Below, one piece after another: positions 40,008-49,621 of a DNA stretch of 64,000 bases; the first letter of the stretch is position 1; each line of letters opens with the position of its first letter. The stretch is from Syntrophobacteraceae bacterium (GTDB taxonomy: Bacteria; Desulfobacterota; Syntrophobacteria; Syntrophobacterales; Syntrophobacteraceae), in contig JAXGXP010000006.1 in assembly GCA_040772705.1 (NCBI GenBank), forward strand, positions 235,306 to 299,305. Direction: 5' to 3'. The position numbers and the translations under genes were made by a program. The notes below the pieces were generated by a model. It was not told the DNA's origin, searched no databases, and saw only the letters and a program-made list of their open reading frames with translations.

Positions 40008-43000
40008 ATGATGGAACTGCAGACTGCTCCAATGGTTTACTCCGATGCGCTGAGCAAAAATTTGGACCTGACCAAGGTTGAGGTCAACATCCCGGAGTTC
40101 TCGGAGGTCCTCGAAGAGGCTGTCCGGGGTTATGCCGGAAAGGAACAACAGGCAAGGGAGCTTCTCAGAGAGTATCATCATCGGTACCGCAACTGGCAGT
40201 ATGTAGTTCAGGAGGCCTGGCGCTATGCAAACACCAATCTGCGTCTGTACAGCCGCCACCCCCTGAATGGCAGCGTTGCTTACCTGTTGTCCCAGATCTT
40301 CTATGAGGCCCTGCGGCGCTCGGAACGCGCCGGGGTCCGCAGCCTCGCGGCCGACTATCTCATCGGGTTCTGGACCAAACTGGTCGACGAAGTGCCGGAG
40401 GAGATCGCCCGTCCCGTTTCGGAGGGGGTGTCGCTGGGCGAGATGGATCAGTCCGTCAGGCTTGATAGCGCTCTTCATGAAGGGATCCTGCGTTATTTCT
40501 TCCTGCTATTGCATGATCTGCGCCAGGTTCCTTTTTCATACCTCATGAAATGCTTTTATCCCCCCCGGCGGCTGGCGGCGAAGCTCATCGAGGTGTGGCC
40601 TGAGCCGGCCTCGTTTGGGGAGCTTCGGGCGCTTATGGAGCGTCTGCAGAAGGGGACCTACGAATTCTGGCTGGTCAGGGACGACCCCTGCCAGTGGGTT
40701 GCCCAACAGGAGGGGGTGCTGCCTTCCAACCGGCCCTGGTCCTCGGTCTGCTATCCCCTCAGCCATGAACATTACCGCCTTTATCTGGAAATCATGAAGA
40801 CGGAAATTCAGTCGGAAGCCGATCACCGAAAGGCGGTCCTCAGGCTGGCGGAACTGCCCGATTTCAATGAAATGGTCAGGCTCTATCTGAAGTTCCCGGA
40901 AGAACTGAAGGCCTATGAAGACCCTGCCCAGCCAACTCACCTGGACACCCTCATGCGCTTCAAGATCATGGAAACCAGGGGTCTCGAAGCCATTCACGAA
41001 GAGACTTTGCGGGAGATCAATTTCGATATCAGCAAATGGATTCGGGAAGAGTCGGTCGAGGGTCTGGAGTCTTTTCTGGCAAGGATCTTTGATGTAATCG
41101 AGGGCTGCATGCAGAGCTATCCGGAAGCGGCCCTGCAGATCCTCAAGACCATCGGCCTGGAGGTGGTCCAGACGGAGAACAAGCCTCTCATCTCCTTCTT
41201 CCTCAAGCGGTTGATCCGGCTCGGGTTCCAAACACCTCAACTGGGCAGCGTTACCCAGCACTGGCAGATCGAGACGAACCCGGCACACTTGCCCAATGTG
41301 CGTATCTGGCTCGAAATCATCAATAAAAATCCCATGCGGACCAAGCTCCTCCTGTCCGCCCTGATCGTCAACCTGTCCCTCGGCGGAATCTATATTCGTG
41401 ATACCGATCTCTTTCAGCGAGATGTCAGTCAGCTGCTCCACTCGCCCATGCGGCCTTCCTATAACCTGGTCAAGCAGCTCGCCAAACAGTTTCCCGTTTA
41501 CTTCAACCAGATCGGAGCGGAAGGGCAGCTGCGGGCGGTTTCCACTGAAGTGGATGAACAGACGGGAAGAGACGACCGTTTGGTCCACTTTCTCCGCAAG
41601 CAGAGTCACGTGGAAAGCAACAATGTCATCGTCTTTTTTATCGAAGCCATTGTTGACTTCTGGCGCTATCTCGACAAGAGTCGGCTCGCCGATCTCGTGC
41701 CCGTTGAAATCTACGAGGAGATTTCTGAATCCGGCCCGCTGGTGGATGAGATGCATCGCATTTTCGCCACCATCTTCAATTCCCAGGCGGTTCACCATAT
41801 CGAGGATTTGCTGGAGCTGTCGGAAAAGGAAATCCGACGGCTCATTCAGAATGTTCCCGAGGTGTCGGAGCGCGAATGCCACCGGGCCTTTCTCATGATT
41901 CAGTTCTACCAGCTGGTGCACGAGAAGTATGCGTTGAGCTTCAAAGACATTCAAGCGCACCTGCAGCGGGCGGCAAATCTGGGACTGCCCGACCCGAGCT
42001 CGCTGATGGCAGACCTTGCCGGCCCGGACCCGTTCCGCAAGCTCGAATCCATTCTGGACTATCTGCTCGCCCTCAAAGAAGTGATCGTCACGCCCTGTGA
42101 CCTCAAGGTTCTTGAAAACATCTACTATAAGCGCCATATCGCCGTCGATATTCCCTCCATGTACGGGTCCTATAACGAACGGAAATTCGACGCCCTCGGG
42201 CTGACCTTCCGCCTGGAAAACTTAGCCAATGTGTTGTTTGAGGAGCTCATCCTTTCTTTCAATCTGACCTTCATCACTCGAGCATCCTTCTTCCGCATTG
42301 CCAAGTTCCTGCCGCTCTTCATCAAAGCCCTCGACATTGACGGCATCACCTCCTATCGTCTCAACCGGCAGCATGAGCTGTTTCAGCGGGCGCTGGAGGT
42401 TCCCCGCTTTTCCCATTCTCAGTACATGGATATTTTTCGCGGCTTTTCCGAAGCGATCAGGCAGATCATTCATACCAATTACCATTCCCTGCACGAGGAG
42501 AATCTCGAGGTCATTATCCGCGACTTGGCGAAGGGCAAGCTGCTTCCCCGCTATTTACGCGAAGTGGATAAGGAATCCGCGTCCGAGTGGATTCATCGGA
42601 TTTCGGAGAGCTTTCTGCGGGACCTCATCGCCCGTACTTTTGGGCTGCAGTATTTTGACCATTTCATTGCCAGTATTATGACTACCCTCGCTACCCAGAA
42701 AGAGGAGCTCAGTGCCGACAAGCTGGACCTCATGCTGAGCTATGATCCGCAGAAGACCATCTCCCTCATCCACCGGCCCGAGCCGAGGACCTATGACCTG
42801 ATCCATCTCGGTAACAAGGCCTACAACCTGGCCAAGCTGCACGCTATCGGTATCCGGGTGCCTCCGGCCTTCGTCGTCACCACCGAATACTATCGCTGCC
42901 GCAGCGTGATCGAGGGATTTTCTCACGCCCGCATGGACTTTGAAGAGCGGGTCATGGATCATATCCAGAAGCTGGAAGAGGCTACCGGGAGGCGCTTTGG

Positions 43001-44282
43001 AAGCCCGGAAAAACCGTTGCTGCTTTCGGTGCGCAGTGGTTCGGCGGTTTCCATGCCGGGTATGATGAATACCTTCCTGAACGTAGGAATCAATGAGGCC
43101 GTGGTGGAAGGACTCATCAGGGAAACCGGAGAAGCCTGGTTCGCCTGGGACAATTATCGCCGTTTCATCCAGTCCTGGGCCATGTCGTTCGGGATGGCCC
43201 GTGATGAGTTTGACGCCTTGATGATTCGCTACAAACAGAAGTACGGCAGAAAGGTGAAGCGGCAATTTCTGCCTGGGGAGCTGAGTGAGATGGTGCGTGC
43301 CTATCGGACGGCGGCGCTGGAAGACCATGGCATCCGCGTCGCCGAAGACCCTAAAGAGCAGCTCTTCACGGCCATCGAGCAGGTGACTGATTCCTGGATT
43401 TCGAGCAAGGCGAAAACCTATCGCGAAATCATGGGCATTTCCGAAAACTGGGGTACGGCAGTAGCCATTCAGGCCATGGTCTTCGGCAATCTGGACACCC
43501 ACTCGGGCGCCGGGGTGATGTTCACGCACGATCCGCGGCAACCTGAGGACCAGGTCGAGCCCGTTGGCGATTTCACGTTGGGCAACCAGGGCGAAGATAT
43601 TGTGGGCGGTCTGGTGCAGAGGCTGCCGCTTTCCGAAAGACAGCGGCTGGGTGAAGGGGAGCTCAAGGAATACTCCCTCGAGAGTCTCTTCCCCAAGGTT
43701 TATCGGCAACTGGTAAGGGTCGCCAAGGATCTGGTGTATGGCCATAACTGGGCCCCTCAGGAGATTGAGTTCACCTTTCAGGGCGATGGCGAAGAGGGGC
43801 TCTATGTCCTCCAGTCCCGGAACATGACGGCTCGCGTTAAACGGAATTATCCCGTATTCAAACCCTCGGAAGAACTCACCGCAGATTACCTCGGCAGCGG
43901 AATCGGGGTGAGCGGCGGCGCCCTCTCGGGGGTAGTGGCCTTTGATCTGGAAAGCATTCAGCGGTTGCGCCAGGAAAAGGTGCCACTGCCCATCATTCTG
44001 ATTCGAGCGGATACCGTGCCCGATGATATTCGGGAGATTTCCATCGCCGACGGCATTCTGACCGGTAAGGGGGGAGCCACCTCCCATGCGGCCATTGTCG
44101 CTCACCGCCTCGAGAAGATCTGCGTGGTGGGGTTCAGCAAGATGAGAGTATGGGAAAAGGAACGAAAGTGTACCATCGACGGCCGCATCATTCGAACCGG
44201 CGACATCATTGGAATTGACGGTCGCAGTGGGGGAGTTTATCTTGGCCAGCACGAAACCGAAAAGGTGGATGTCGTCGTCTGA
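40008..44282 (+). CDS. 1424-aa protein: unassigned N-terminal region of about 925 aa fused to PPDK/PEP-synthase-type ATP-grasp and phosphohistidine swivel domains; no PEP/pyruvate TIM-barrel domain
   Basis: LLSVRSGSAVSMPGMMNTFLNVG (PPDK nucleotide-binding signature) and GKGGATSHAAIVAHRL (phospho-His swivel). The ORF stops about 65 codons after the His. Start taken at ATGATG 40008, just after the rimI stop. The track ORF start at 39735 overlaps rimI in another frame. Confidence 0.85.
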   Translation: MMELQTAPMVYSDALSKNLDLTKVEVNIPEFSEVLEEAVRGYAGKEQQARELLREYHHRYRNWQYVVQEAWRYANTNLRLYSRHPLNGSVAYLLSQIFYEALRRSERAGVRSLAADYLIGFWTKLVDEVPEEIARPVSEGVSLGEMDQSVRLDSALHEGILRYFFLLLHDLRQVPFSYLMKCFYPPRRLAAKLIEVWPEPASFGELRALMERLQKGTYEFWLVRDDPCQWVAQQEGVLPSNRPWSSVCYPLSHEHYRLYLEIMKTEIQSEADHRKAVLRLAELPDFNEMVRLYLKFPEELKAYEDPAQPTHLDTLMRFKIMETRGLEAIHEETLREINFDISKWIREESVEGLESFLARIFDVIEGCMQSYPEAALQILKTIGLEVVQTENKPLISFFLKRLIRLGFQTPQLGSVTQHWQIETNPAHLPNVRIWLEIINKNPMRTKLLLSALIVNLSLGGIYIRDTDLFQRDVSQLLHSPMRPSYNLVKQLAKQFPVYFNQIGAEGQLRAVSTEVDEQTGRDDRLVHFLRKQSHVESNNVIVFFIEAIVDFWRYLDKSRLADLVPVEIYEEISESGPLVDEMHRIFATIFNSQAVHHIEDLLELSEKEIRRLIQNVPEVSERECHRAFLMIQFYQLVHEKYALSFKDIQAHLQRAANLGLPDPSSLMADLAGPDPFRKLESILDYLLALKEVIVTPCDLKVLENIYYKRHIAVDIPSMYGSYNERKFDALGLTFRLENLANVLFEELILSFNLTFITRASFFRIAKFLPLFIKALDIDGITSYRLNRQHELFQRALEVPRFSHSQYMDIFRGFSEAIRQIIHTNYHSLHEENLEVIIRDLAKGKLLPRYLREVDKESASEWIHRISESFLRDLIARTFGLQYFDHFIASIMTTLATQKEELSADKLDLMLSYDPQKTISLIHRPEPRTYDLIHLGNKAYNLAKLHAIGIRVPPAFVVTTEYYRCRSVIEGFSHARMDFEERVMDHIQKLEEATGRRFGSPEKPLLLSVRSGSAVSMPGMMNTFLNVGINEAVVEGLIRETGEAWFAWDNYRRFIQSWAMSFGMARDEFDALMIRYKQKYGRKVKRQFLPGELSEMVRAYRTAALEDHGIRVAEDPKEQLFTAIEQVTDSWISSKAKTYREIMGISENWGTAVAIQAMVFGNLDTHSGAGVMFTHDPRQPEDQVEPVGDFTLGNQGEDIVGGLVQRLPLSERQRLGEGELKEYSLESLFPKVYRQLVRVAKDLVYGHNWAPQEIEFTFQGDGEEGLYVLQSRNMTARVKRNYPVFKPSEELTADYLGSGIGVSGGALSGVVAFDLESIQRLRQEKVPLPIILIRADTVPDDIREISIADGILTGKGGATSHAAIVAHRLEKICVVGFSKMRVWEKERKCTIDGRIIRTGDIIGIDGRSGGVYLGQHETEKVDVVV

Positions 44283-44307
44283 GACTTAAAAGCTGCAGGG
44301 AGAGGTT

Positions 44308-45567
44308 ATGAGTGAGCAGGAGAAAATGGTACCGAAGAAGCTGGGCATCAATGGTTTGGGACGTATTGCCAAGCTGTCCATATGGCACCACGTGGAGCGG
44401 CAGTACTTCTCCGAGCTGTTCGTGAACATTGGCCGCAATGTGGGAACCAGTCTCAATGACATCGCTCATTTCATAGAACGGGACTCGACCTACGGCGCAC
44501 TCCATCATTTTATCCATGGGTGCCGAGCCGGCCGGGTGGTAGAGGAGGTGAACGAGCGCGATGGAAGCATGGTCATCAACGGCGTGAAGACGACCTTTTT
44601 GCGGCAGCATCGCAATCCCAGTGCCATTGGCTGGCGCGATCTGGGGGTGGAACTGGTGGTGGATGCCACGGGTGCGTTTTTGGATCCCACCACCCCGGCC
44701 GATGATCCGAAAGGTTCGGCGCGCGGGCATCTGCTGGCGGGTGCAAAGAAGGTCATCGTGTCTGCTCCCTTCAAGATCAAGGACAAGAGCAGGGAGATAC
44801 CCGCCGATGCCGTTACCACCGTGATGGGAATCAACGACGCCGAATATGATCCCAAGAAACATGTACTCGTGTCCAACGCGTCCTGCACGACGACGTGCCT
44901 TTCCTACATGGTAAAGCCGCTTCTGGACTATTTTGGGGCCGACCGCATCCTGTCCGCGGCGATGACCACGGTACACGCCGCCACCAGCTCTCAGCAGGTT
45001 TTGGATCATTCCCCCAAGTCCGGGTCCACCGACCTTCGGAAGACGCGATCTGCTTTCAACAACATCATCCTCACGAGCACCGGCGCGGCCAAGGCGCTGA
45101 GCCTGGTGATTCCGGAGATGAAACGGATCGGATTTCACGCTGAATCGGTGCGGGTGCCCGTGGTTACGGGCTCGCTGATCATCCTGACCATGATGATTCA
45201 GGATGAGAGCCTCACCAGTCCCATCGGCAGGGACAAGATCAACGGCATCTATAAGAGGGCCGTTGAACATTATCCGGAGGGTTATCTGGTCTATTCGGAC
45301 GAGCAGAATGTGTCGTCGGACATCATCGGGCTGCCGCGCGCGGCCGCTGTCATCGAGGGGCATGAGAACCACACCCGTACCTCAGCCGTCCACATCAGCA
45401 TGGAGGCTGCCAGGAAGGCGGGACTGCCCCTGGATCAGCTACAGGACCTGCGGACCCTCGAAATCCCCATTACTCAGGCCGTGATCTACGGCTGGTATGA
45501 TAATGAGCTGGGCAGCTATACCAACATGCTGGGCGACCGCACGGTCAGCATCGCCAAACTGCTCTGA
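44308..45567 (+). CDS. Divergent glyceraldehyde-3-phosphate dehydrogenase-family paralogue (419 aa)
   Basis: Rossmann start LGINGLGRIAK, catalytic-Cys motif SNASCTTTC, YGWYDNELGY near the C-terminus, and several insertions relative to canonical GAPDH. RBS GGGAGAGG. Confidence 0.8.
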   Translation: MSEQEKMVPKKLGINGLGRIAKLSIWHHVERQYFSELFVNIGRNVGTSLNDIAHFIERDSTYGALHHFIHGCRAGRVVEEVNERDGSMVINGVKTTFLRQHRNPSAIGWRDLGVELVVDATGAFLDPTTPADDPKGSARGHLLAGAKKVIVSAPFKIKDKSREIPADAVTTVMGINDAEYDPKKHVLVSNASCTTTCLSYMVKPLLDYFGADRILSAAMTTVHAATSSQQVLDHSPKSGSTDLRKTRSAFNNIILTSTGAAKALSLVIPEMKRIGFHAESVRVPVVTGSLIILTMMIQDESLTSPIGRDKINGIYKRAVEHYPEGYLVYSDEQNVSSDIIGLPRAAAVIEGHENHTRTSAVHISMEAARKAGLPLDQLQDLRTLEIPITQAVIYGWYDNELGSYTNMLGDRTVSIAKLL

Positions 45568-45734
45568 ACCCTTACAGGGTAACAACAACCCGTCACCAGG
45601 GCCTGCCACTTGCATCGCCAGGCCGCGGCCCATCGCGCCTTGGTGCTTTGGTTCGGATGCCGCTTGGCGGGGCGTGCCGAGTACGGTTCTCTCGCTGGCG
45701 GACGAACTCAGAAAATCCAAAGGAGGAAGTAATC

Positions 45735-46745
45735 ATGGCAATTCGTGTCGCAATCAACGGCTTCGGTCGCATCGGCCGGACCATTTTCAAGGCGGCCATA
45801 GATCGCAAAGCGCCTCTGGCCATCGTGGCAATCAACGATCTATCAGCACCTTCGGAACTCGCATATCTGCTGAGGTATGACTCCGTTCATGGGGTCTGGC
45901 CCCATGAAGTCACTGGCACCGACAATGAATTGATCGTTGCTGGCAAAGCGTACCAATGCTTGAAAGTGACCAATCCGGCCGAGTCGCCCTGGCATGAACT
46001 GAAGGTGGATGTGGTGTTGGAGAGTACCGGGCGGTTTGCCGATCGGGACGGATGCCAGAAGCACCTCAGCGCGGGTGCCCGCAAGGTCATCGTTACCGCC
46101 CCCGGCAAGGGCATGGACGCGACTTTTGTGATCGGGGTCAATGATAGTCAATACGATCCCCGTAACCACCATATCGTCTCCAATGCTTCGTGCACGACCA
46201 ATTGCCTTGCGCCCATCGCTTCTCTGCTGCACGACCGGTTTGGGGTCGAATACGGTCTCATGACCACGATTCACTCCTACACCATGGACCAACGCCTGCT
46301 GGATTCGCTGCACAAGGATCAACGCCGCGCCCGCGCCGCCGCGCTGTCCATGATTCCCACCACCACCGGGGCGGCCCGGGCGGTTGCCGAGGTCATCCCC
46401 GCTCTGAAAGGCAAATTCGACGGGCTGGCAATCCGGGTCCCCACCCCCAACGTGTCCCTGGTGGACCTGGTTTGCACCCTCGGCCAGGATGTGACCAAAG
46501 ACCAGGTGAACCAGATCTTTGAAGAAGCTGCCAACGGTCCCCTGAAAGGGATCCTGCAATATGTCACGGAACCGCTGGTGTCCGCCGACTTCAACCACAC
46601 GGCGTTCTCATCGAGTGTCGACGCTCCGCTCACCAGTGTTATCGGCGGTCGCATGGTGAAGGTCTTCAGCTGGTACGACAATGAATATGGCTATTCCAAC
46701 CGGGTTGTGGATCTCGCCATGATGATGGGGCAGACGATGGACTGA
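45735..46745 (+). CDS. gap: Glyceraldehyde-3-phosphate dehydrogenase (canonical type I, 336 aa)
   Basis: MAIRVAINGFGRIGR, SNASCTTNCLAP, WYDNEYGYSNRVVDL. RBS AGGAGGAAG. Confidence 0.95.
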   Translation: MAIRVAINGFGRIGRTIFKAAIDRKAPLAIVAINDLSAPSELAYLLRYDSVHGVWPHEVTGTDNELIVAGKAYQCLKVTNPAESPWHELKVDVVLESTGRFADRDGCQKHLSAGARKVIVTAPGKGMDATFVIGVNDSQYDPRNHHIVSNASCTTNCLAPIASLLHDRFGVEYGLMTTIHSYTMDQRLLDSLHKDQRRARAAALSMIPTTTGAARAVAEVIPALKGKFDGLAIRVPTPNVSLVDLVCTLGQDVTKDQVNQIFEEAANGPLKGILQYVTEPLVSADFNHTAFSSSVDAPLTSVIGGRMVKVFSWYDNEYGYSNRVVDLAMMMGQTMD

Positions 46746-46875
46746 ACCACCTCGACTGAGGGGGTCACAGGCAATCAGATGATTTCCCCGTTTCCTCCTT
46801 TGCTTCCGGGGGGCGGGGGGACTGCGTGGGGCAGGCGTCTGACAAACTCGAGTGGGGAGAGGAGTCCGGAGGATC

Positions 46876-48069
46876 ATGAAAACGCTGGATGATGTTGAAC
46901 TGACTGGAAAAAGAGTGTTTCTGCGGGTTGACTACAACGTCCCCCTGGACAGTCAGCGCCAGGTCCAGGACGATCTGCGAATCCGAGCCACCCTGCCGAG
47001 TATCGGGAAGATTATCCAGGCGGGTGGCAAAGTTATCCTGGCATCGCACCTGGGGAGACCTAAAGGGAAGGTTGCCGGAGAGTTTTCGTTGAAACCGGTG
47101 GCAGACTATCTAGGTGGGCTTCTTGATCGGTCGGTGACGATGGCACCGGATTGTATCGGACCGGCCGTACTCGACCGGGTCTCGGCCATGCAGGCCGGAG
47201 ACTTGCTGCTGCTGGAAAATTTGCGGTTCCATCCCGAGGAAGAACAGAACGATGATGGTTTTTCCCGACAGCTGGCTGAGCTGGCGGAGGTCTACGTCAA
47301 CGACGCGTTTGCCGTATCCCATCGGGCGCACGCTTCGGTACACGGCATTACCCGGCACCTGAAAATTTGTGCTGCCGGCTACCAGCTGCAAAAAGAGGTG
47401 GAGTATTTCCGCAAAGCCATGCAGGATCCCAGGCGCCCGCTCGCCATGATCATCGGTGGGGCGAAGATCTCGACCAAAATCGAGCTCCTGGAAAACCTCA
47501 TCAACCAGGCTGACTGCCTCATCATCGGCGGGGCCATGGCCAATACCTTTCTGAAGGCTCAGGGCCGTGCCGTGGGCAAGTCGCTGGTGGAGGATGACCA
47601 TCTCGAGACCGCCGCCCGCCTGCTCGCCAAGGCCGACCAGCGGGGCATCCGAATGCTGCTACCGGTGGATGCCGTGGTTGCCGGGGGCCTGGAAAAGGGC
47701 AAAGAAGCGCGGGAAGTCGCCATTGACCAGGTCCCGGCGGAAGACCTGATCTTCGATGTCGGTCCCAAGAGCTTGGCAGCCTTCGAGGCCGCTCTGAAGG
47801 ACTGCGGGACAGTGGTTTGGAACGGTCCCCTGGGAGCCTTCGAACATCCTCCTTTCCATCGGAGTACGTTCGCCCTGGCCAACTTCCTGGCCCAGCTGGC
47901 AGCGCTGACGGTGGTGGGTGGGGGAGATTCGGCGGCCGCGGTCCGGCAGGCGGGTGTCGCCGAAAAGGTCAGCTATGTATCCACCGGCGGTGGGGCTTTC
48001 CTGGAAATGCTGGAAGGCAAAACCCTGCCGGGCATTGCCGCCCTCGAGGAATGCTCGAAGCAGCAGTGA
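46876..48069 (+). CDS. pgk: Phosphoglycerate kinase
   Basis: KRVFLRVDYNVP, ILASHLGRPKG, GGAKISTKI, FDVGPKS, STGGGAFLE motifs. Confidence 0.95.
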   Translation: MKTLDDVELTGKRVFLRVDYNVPLDSQRQVQDDLRIRATLPSIGKIIQAGGKVILASHLGRPKGKVAGEFSLKPVADYLGGLLDRSVTMAPDCIGPAVLDRVSAMQAGDLLLLENLRFHPEEEQNDDGFSRQLAELAEVYVNDAFAVSHRAHASVHGITRHLKICAAGYQLQKEVEYFRKAMQDPRRPLAMIIGGAKISTKIELLENLINQADCLIIGGAMANTFLKAQGRAVGKSLVEDDHLETAARLLAKADQRGIRMLLPVDAVVAGGLEKGKEAREVAIDQVPAEDLIFDVGPKSLAAFEAALKDCGTVVWNGPLGAFEHPPFHRSTFALANFLAQLAALTVVGGGDSAAAVRQAGVAEKVSYVSTGGGAFLEMLEGKTLPGIAALEECSKQQ

Positions 48070-48156
48070 AACCAGATTTTACCACCGCGGCCCCTTCTTT
48101 GATGCAGTCATCGTGGGAGCGGGGACCCGTTGGGTCATGAATTGTGAGAGGAAACC

Positions 48157-48918
48157 ATGGAACAAAGAAAAAGCCTCATTGCCGCCAACTGGAAAATGCA
48201 CAAGACCATTGCCGAGGCGGTCGCGTTTGTTGAGTCGCTGCAGCGGGAAGCGGGTGACTATAATGACCGGGAGGTGATCATTGCGCCTCCCTACACGGCC
48301 CTGAGCGCCGTCCGCAATGCCCTGTGGCGCAAAGATTTCAAGCTTGCCGCCCAGAACTTCCATTGGGAGGAGAAGGGAGCTTTCACGGGCGAAATTTCCG
48401 GCGCCATGCTCAAGGATGTCGGGTGCGATGGGGTGATCATCGGGCATTCAGAGCGCCGCCAACTGTTCGGCGAAACCAACGAGATGCTCCTGAAGAAAGT
48501 TGCCGGTGCCTTCAGGGGAGGGTTTTTGCCGATTCTTTGTGTCGGTGAAGTCCTCGAGGAACGCGAAGGGGGCAGGACTTTCACTGTCATTGGCAGTCAG
48601 CTGGAACAGGGGCTGGCGGGGTTGCCTGCGGATCAGGCGCGGCAACTGGCACTTGCCTATGAACCGGTGTGGGCTATCGGCACCGGCCGGACCGCTACCC
48701 CGGACCAGGCTCAGGAGGTCCATGCCTTCATCAGGGAACGTTGTGTGGCCCTATGGGACAAAACGGTTGCCAACAGCATGAGAATAATGTATGGAGGGTC
48801 GGTTAAACCGGACAATGTGGACAGTCTGATGGCTCAGCCGGACATCGACGGGATGCTGGTGGGCGGGGCGAGCCTGGAGGTGGCCTCGTTCAAGCGCATT
48901 GTCCAATATCAAACCTAG
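48157..48918 (+). CDS. tpiA: Triosephosphate isomerase
   Basis: IAANWKMHK, IIGHSERR, AYEPVWAIGTG, YGGSVKP motifs. Confidence 0.95.
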   Translation: MEQRKSLIAANWKMHKTIAEAVAFVESLQREAGDYNDREVIIAPPYTALSAVRNALWRKDFKLAAQNFHWEEKGAFTGEISGAMLKDVGCDGVIIGHSERRQLFGETNEMLLKKVAGAFRGGFLPILCVGEVLEEREGGRTFTVIGSQLEQGLAGLPADQARQLALAYEPVWAIGTGRTATPDQAQEVHAFIRERCVALWDKTVANSMRIMYGGSVKPDNVDSLMAQPDIDGMLVGGASLEVASFKRIVQYQT

Positions 48919-48935
48919 GAGAAACGAACTGGCCG

Positions 48936-49439
48936 ATGTATACTTTTGTAGTTCTCTTTCACGTTCTGGCATGTTTGGCTCTCATCCTGATCGTGCTCCT
49001 GCAGACCGGGAAGGGGGCGGAAATGGGGGCAGCCTTTGGTGGTGCCTCACAAACGCTGTTCGGCGGGTCCGGGGGTACGACCTTTTTGGGGCGACTCACC
49101 ACGGGGGCCGCCATCGCCTTCATGATCACCTGCCTTGGTCTGACGTATCTTTCCACCGGCCCCTCGACCAAATCCGTGATGGAAGATGTGCCGCTCACCA
49201 CCACGGAAGTGCCCTTGCTGCCCGATGCCAAACCGGTGCAACCTGGTGCTGAACCGGCGGCGCCACCAACAACCGCCACGCCGGAGGCGAGCGCCGTGCC
49301 GGGCGACAAGCCGGTGGCGCAGGGACAGGAAGCAGCCCAGGCTCAGCCCTCGGCCCAGGAAGAAGCTAAGCCCGCAGCACCGGCCAAAGCTCAGGAAAAA
49401 CAGCCGACGAAGCCGCCCGCCGGAAGCAAAAAGCAGTAG
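48936..49439 (+). CDS. secG: Preprotein translocase subunit SecG with about 95-aa Pro/Ala/Gln/Lys-rich C-terminal tail
   Basis: N-terminal 72 aa match the SecG pattern (LIVLLQTGKGAEMGAAFGG...FGGSGG...TTGAAIAFM). The remainder is low-complexity. Confidence 0.8.
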   Translation: MYTFVVLFHVLACLALILIVLLQTGKGAEMGAAFGGASQTLFGGSGGTTFLGRLTTGAAIAFMITCLGLTYLSTGPSTKSVMEDVPLTTTEVPLLPDAKPVQPGAEPAAPPTTATPEASAVPGDKPVAQGQEAAQAQPSAQEEAKPAAPAKAQEKQPTKPPAGSKKQ

Positions 49440-49495
49440 CTGAAGGGAATTTGGGGTTGCCAGACGGAGAGTTTTGACTATAATCAGCGACACGT

Positions 49496-49581
49496 GCCGA
49501 AGTGGTGGAACTTGGTAGACACACCATCTTGAGGGGGTGGCGGGGCGACCTGTGCCGGTTCGAGTCCGGCCTTCGGCACCA
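49496..49581 (+). tRNA. tRNA-Leu (anticodon GAG), class II with long variable arm, encoded CCA
   Basis: Acceptor GCCGAAG/CTTCGGC, D-arm GTGG..AACTTGGTAGAC, anticodon stem CCATC/GGTGG with loop TTGAGGG, variable arm, T-arm CCGGTTCGAGTCCGG, then ACCA. Confidence 0.9.
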
Positions 49582-49621
49582 TGCTTGATTTCATTAGGAA
49601 AATTGGCCCTAAATAGCCTTT

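Noticed and set aside
40536-45372. Long minus-strand ORFs (533, 565 and 388 aa) antisense to the giant gene and the GAPDH paralogue
   Set aside because: Shadow ORFs. The plus strand carries PPDK and GAPDH signatures and proper RBS-start arrangements.
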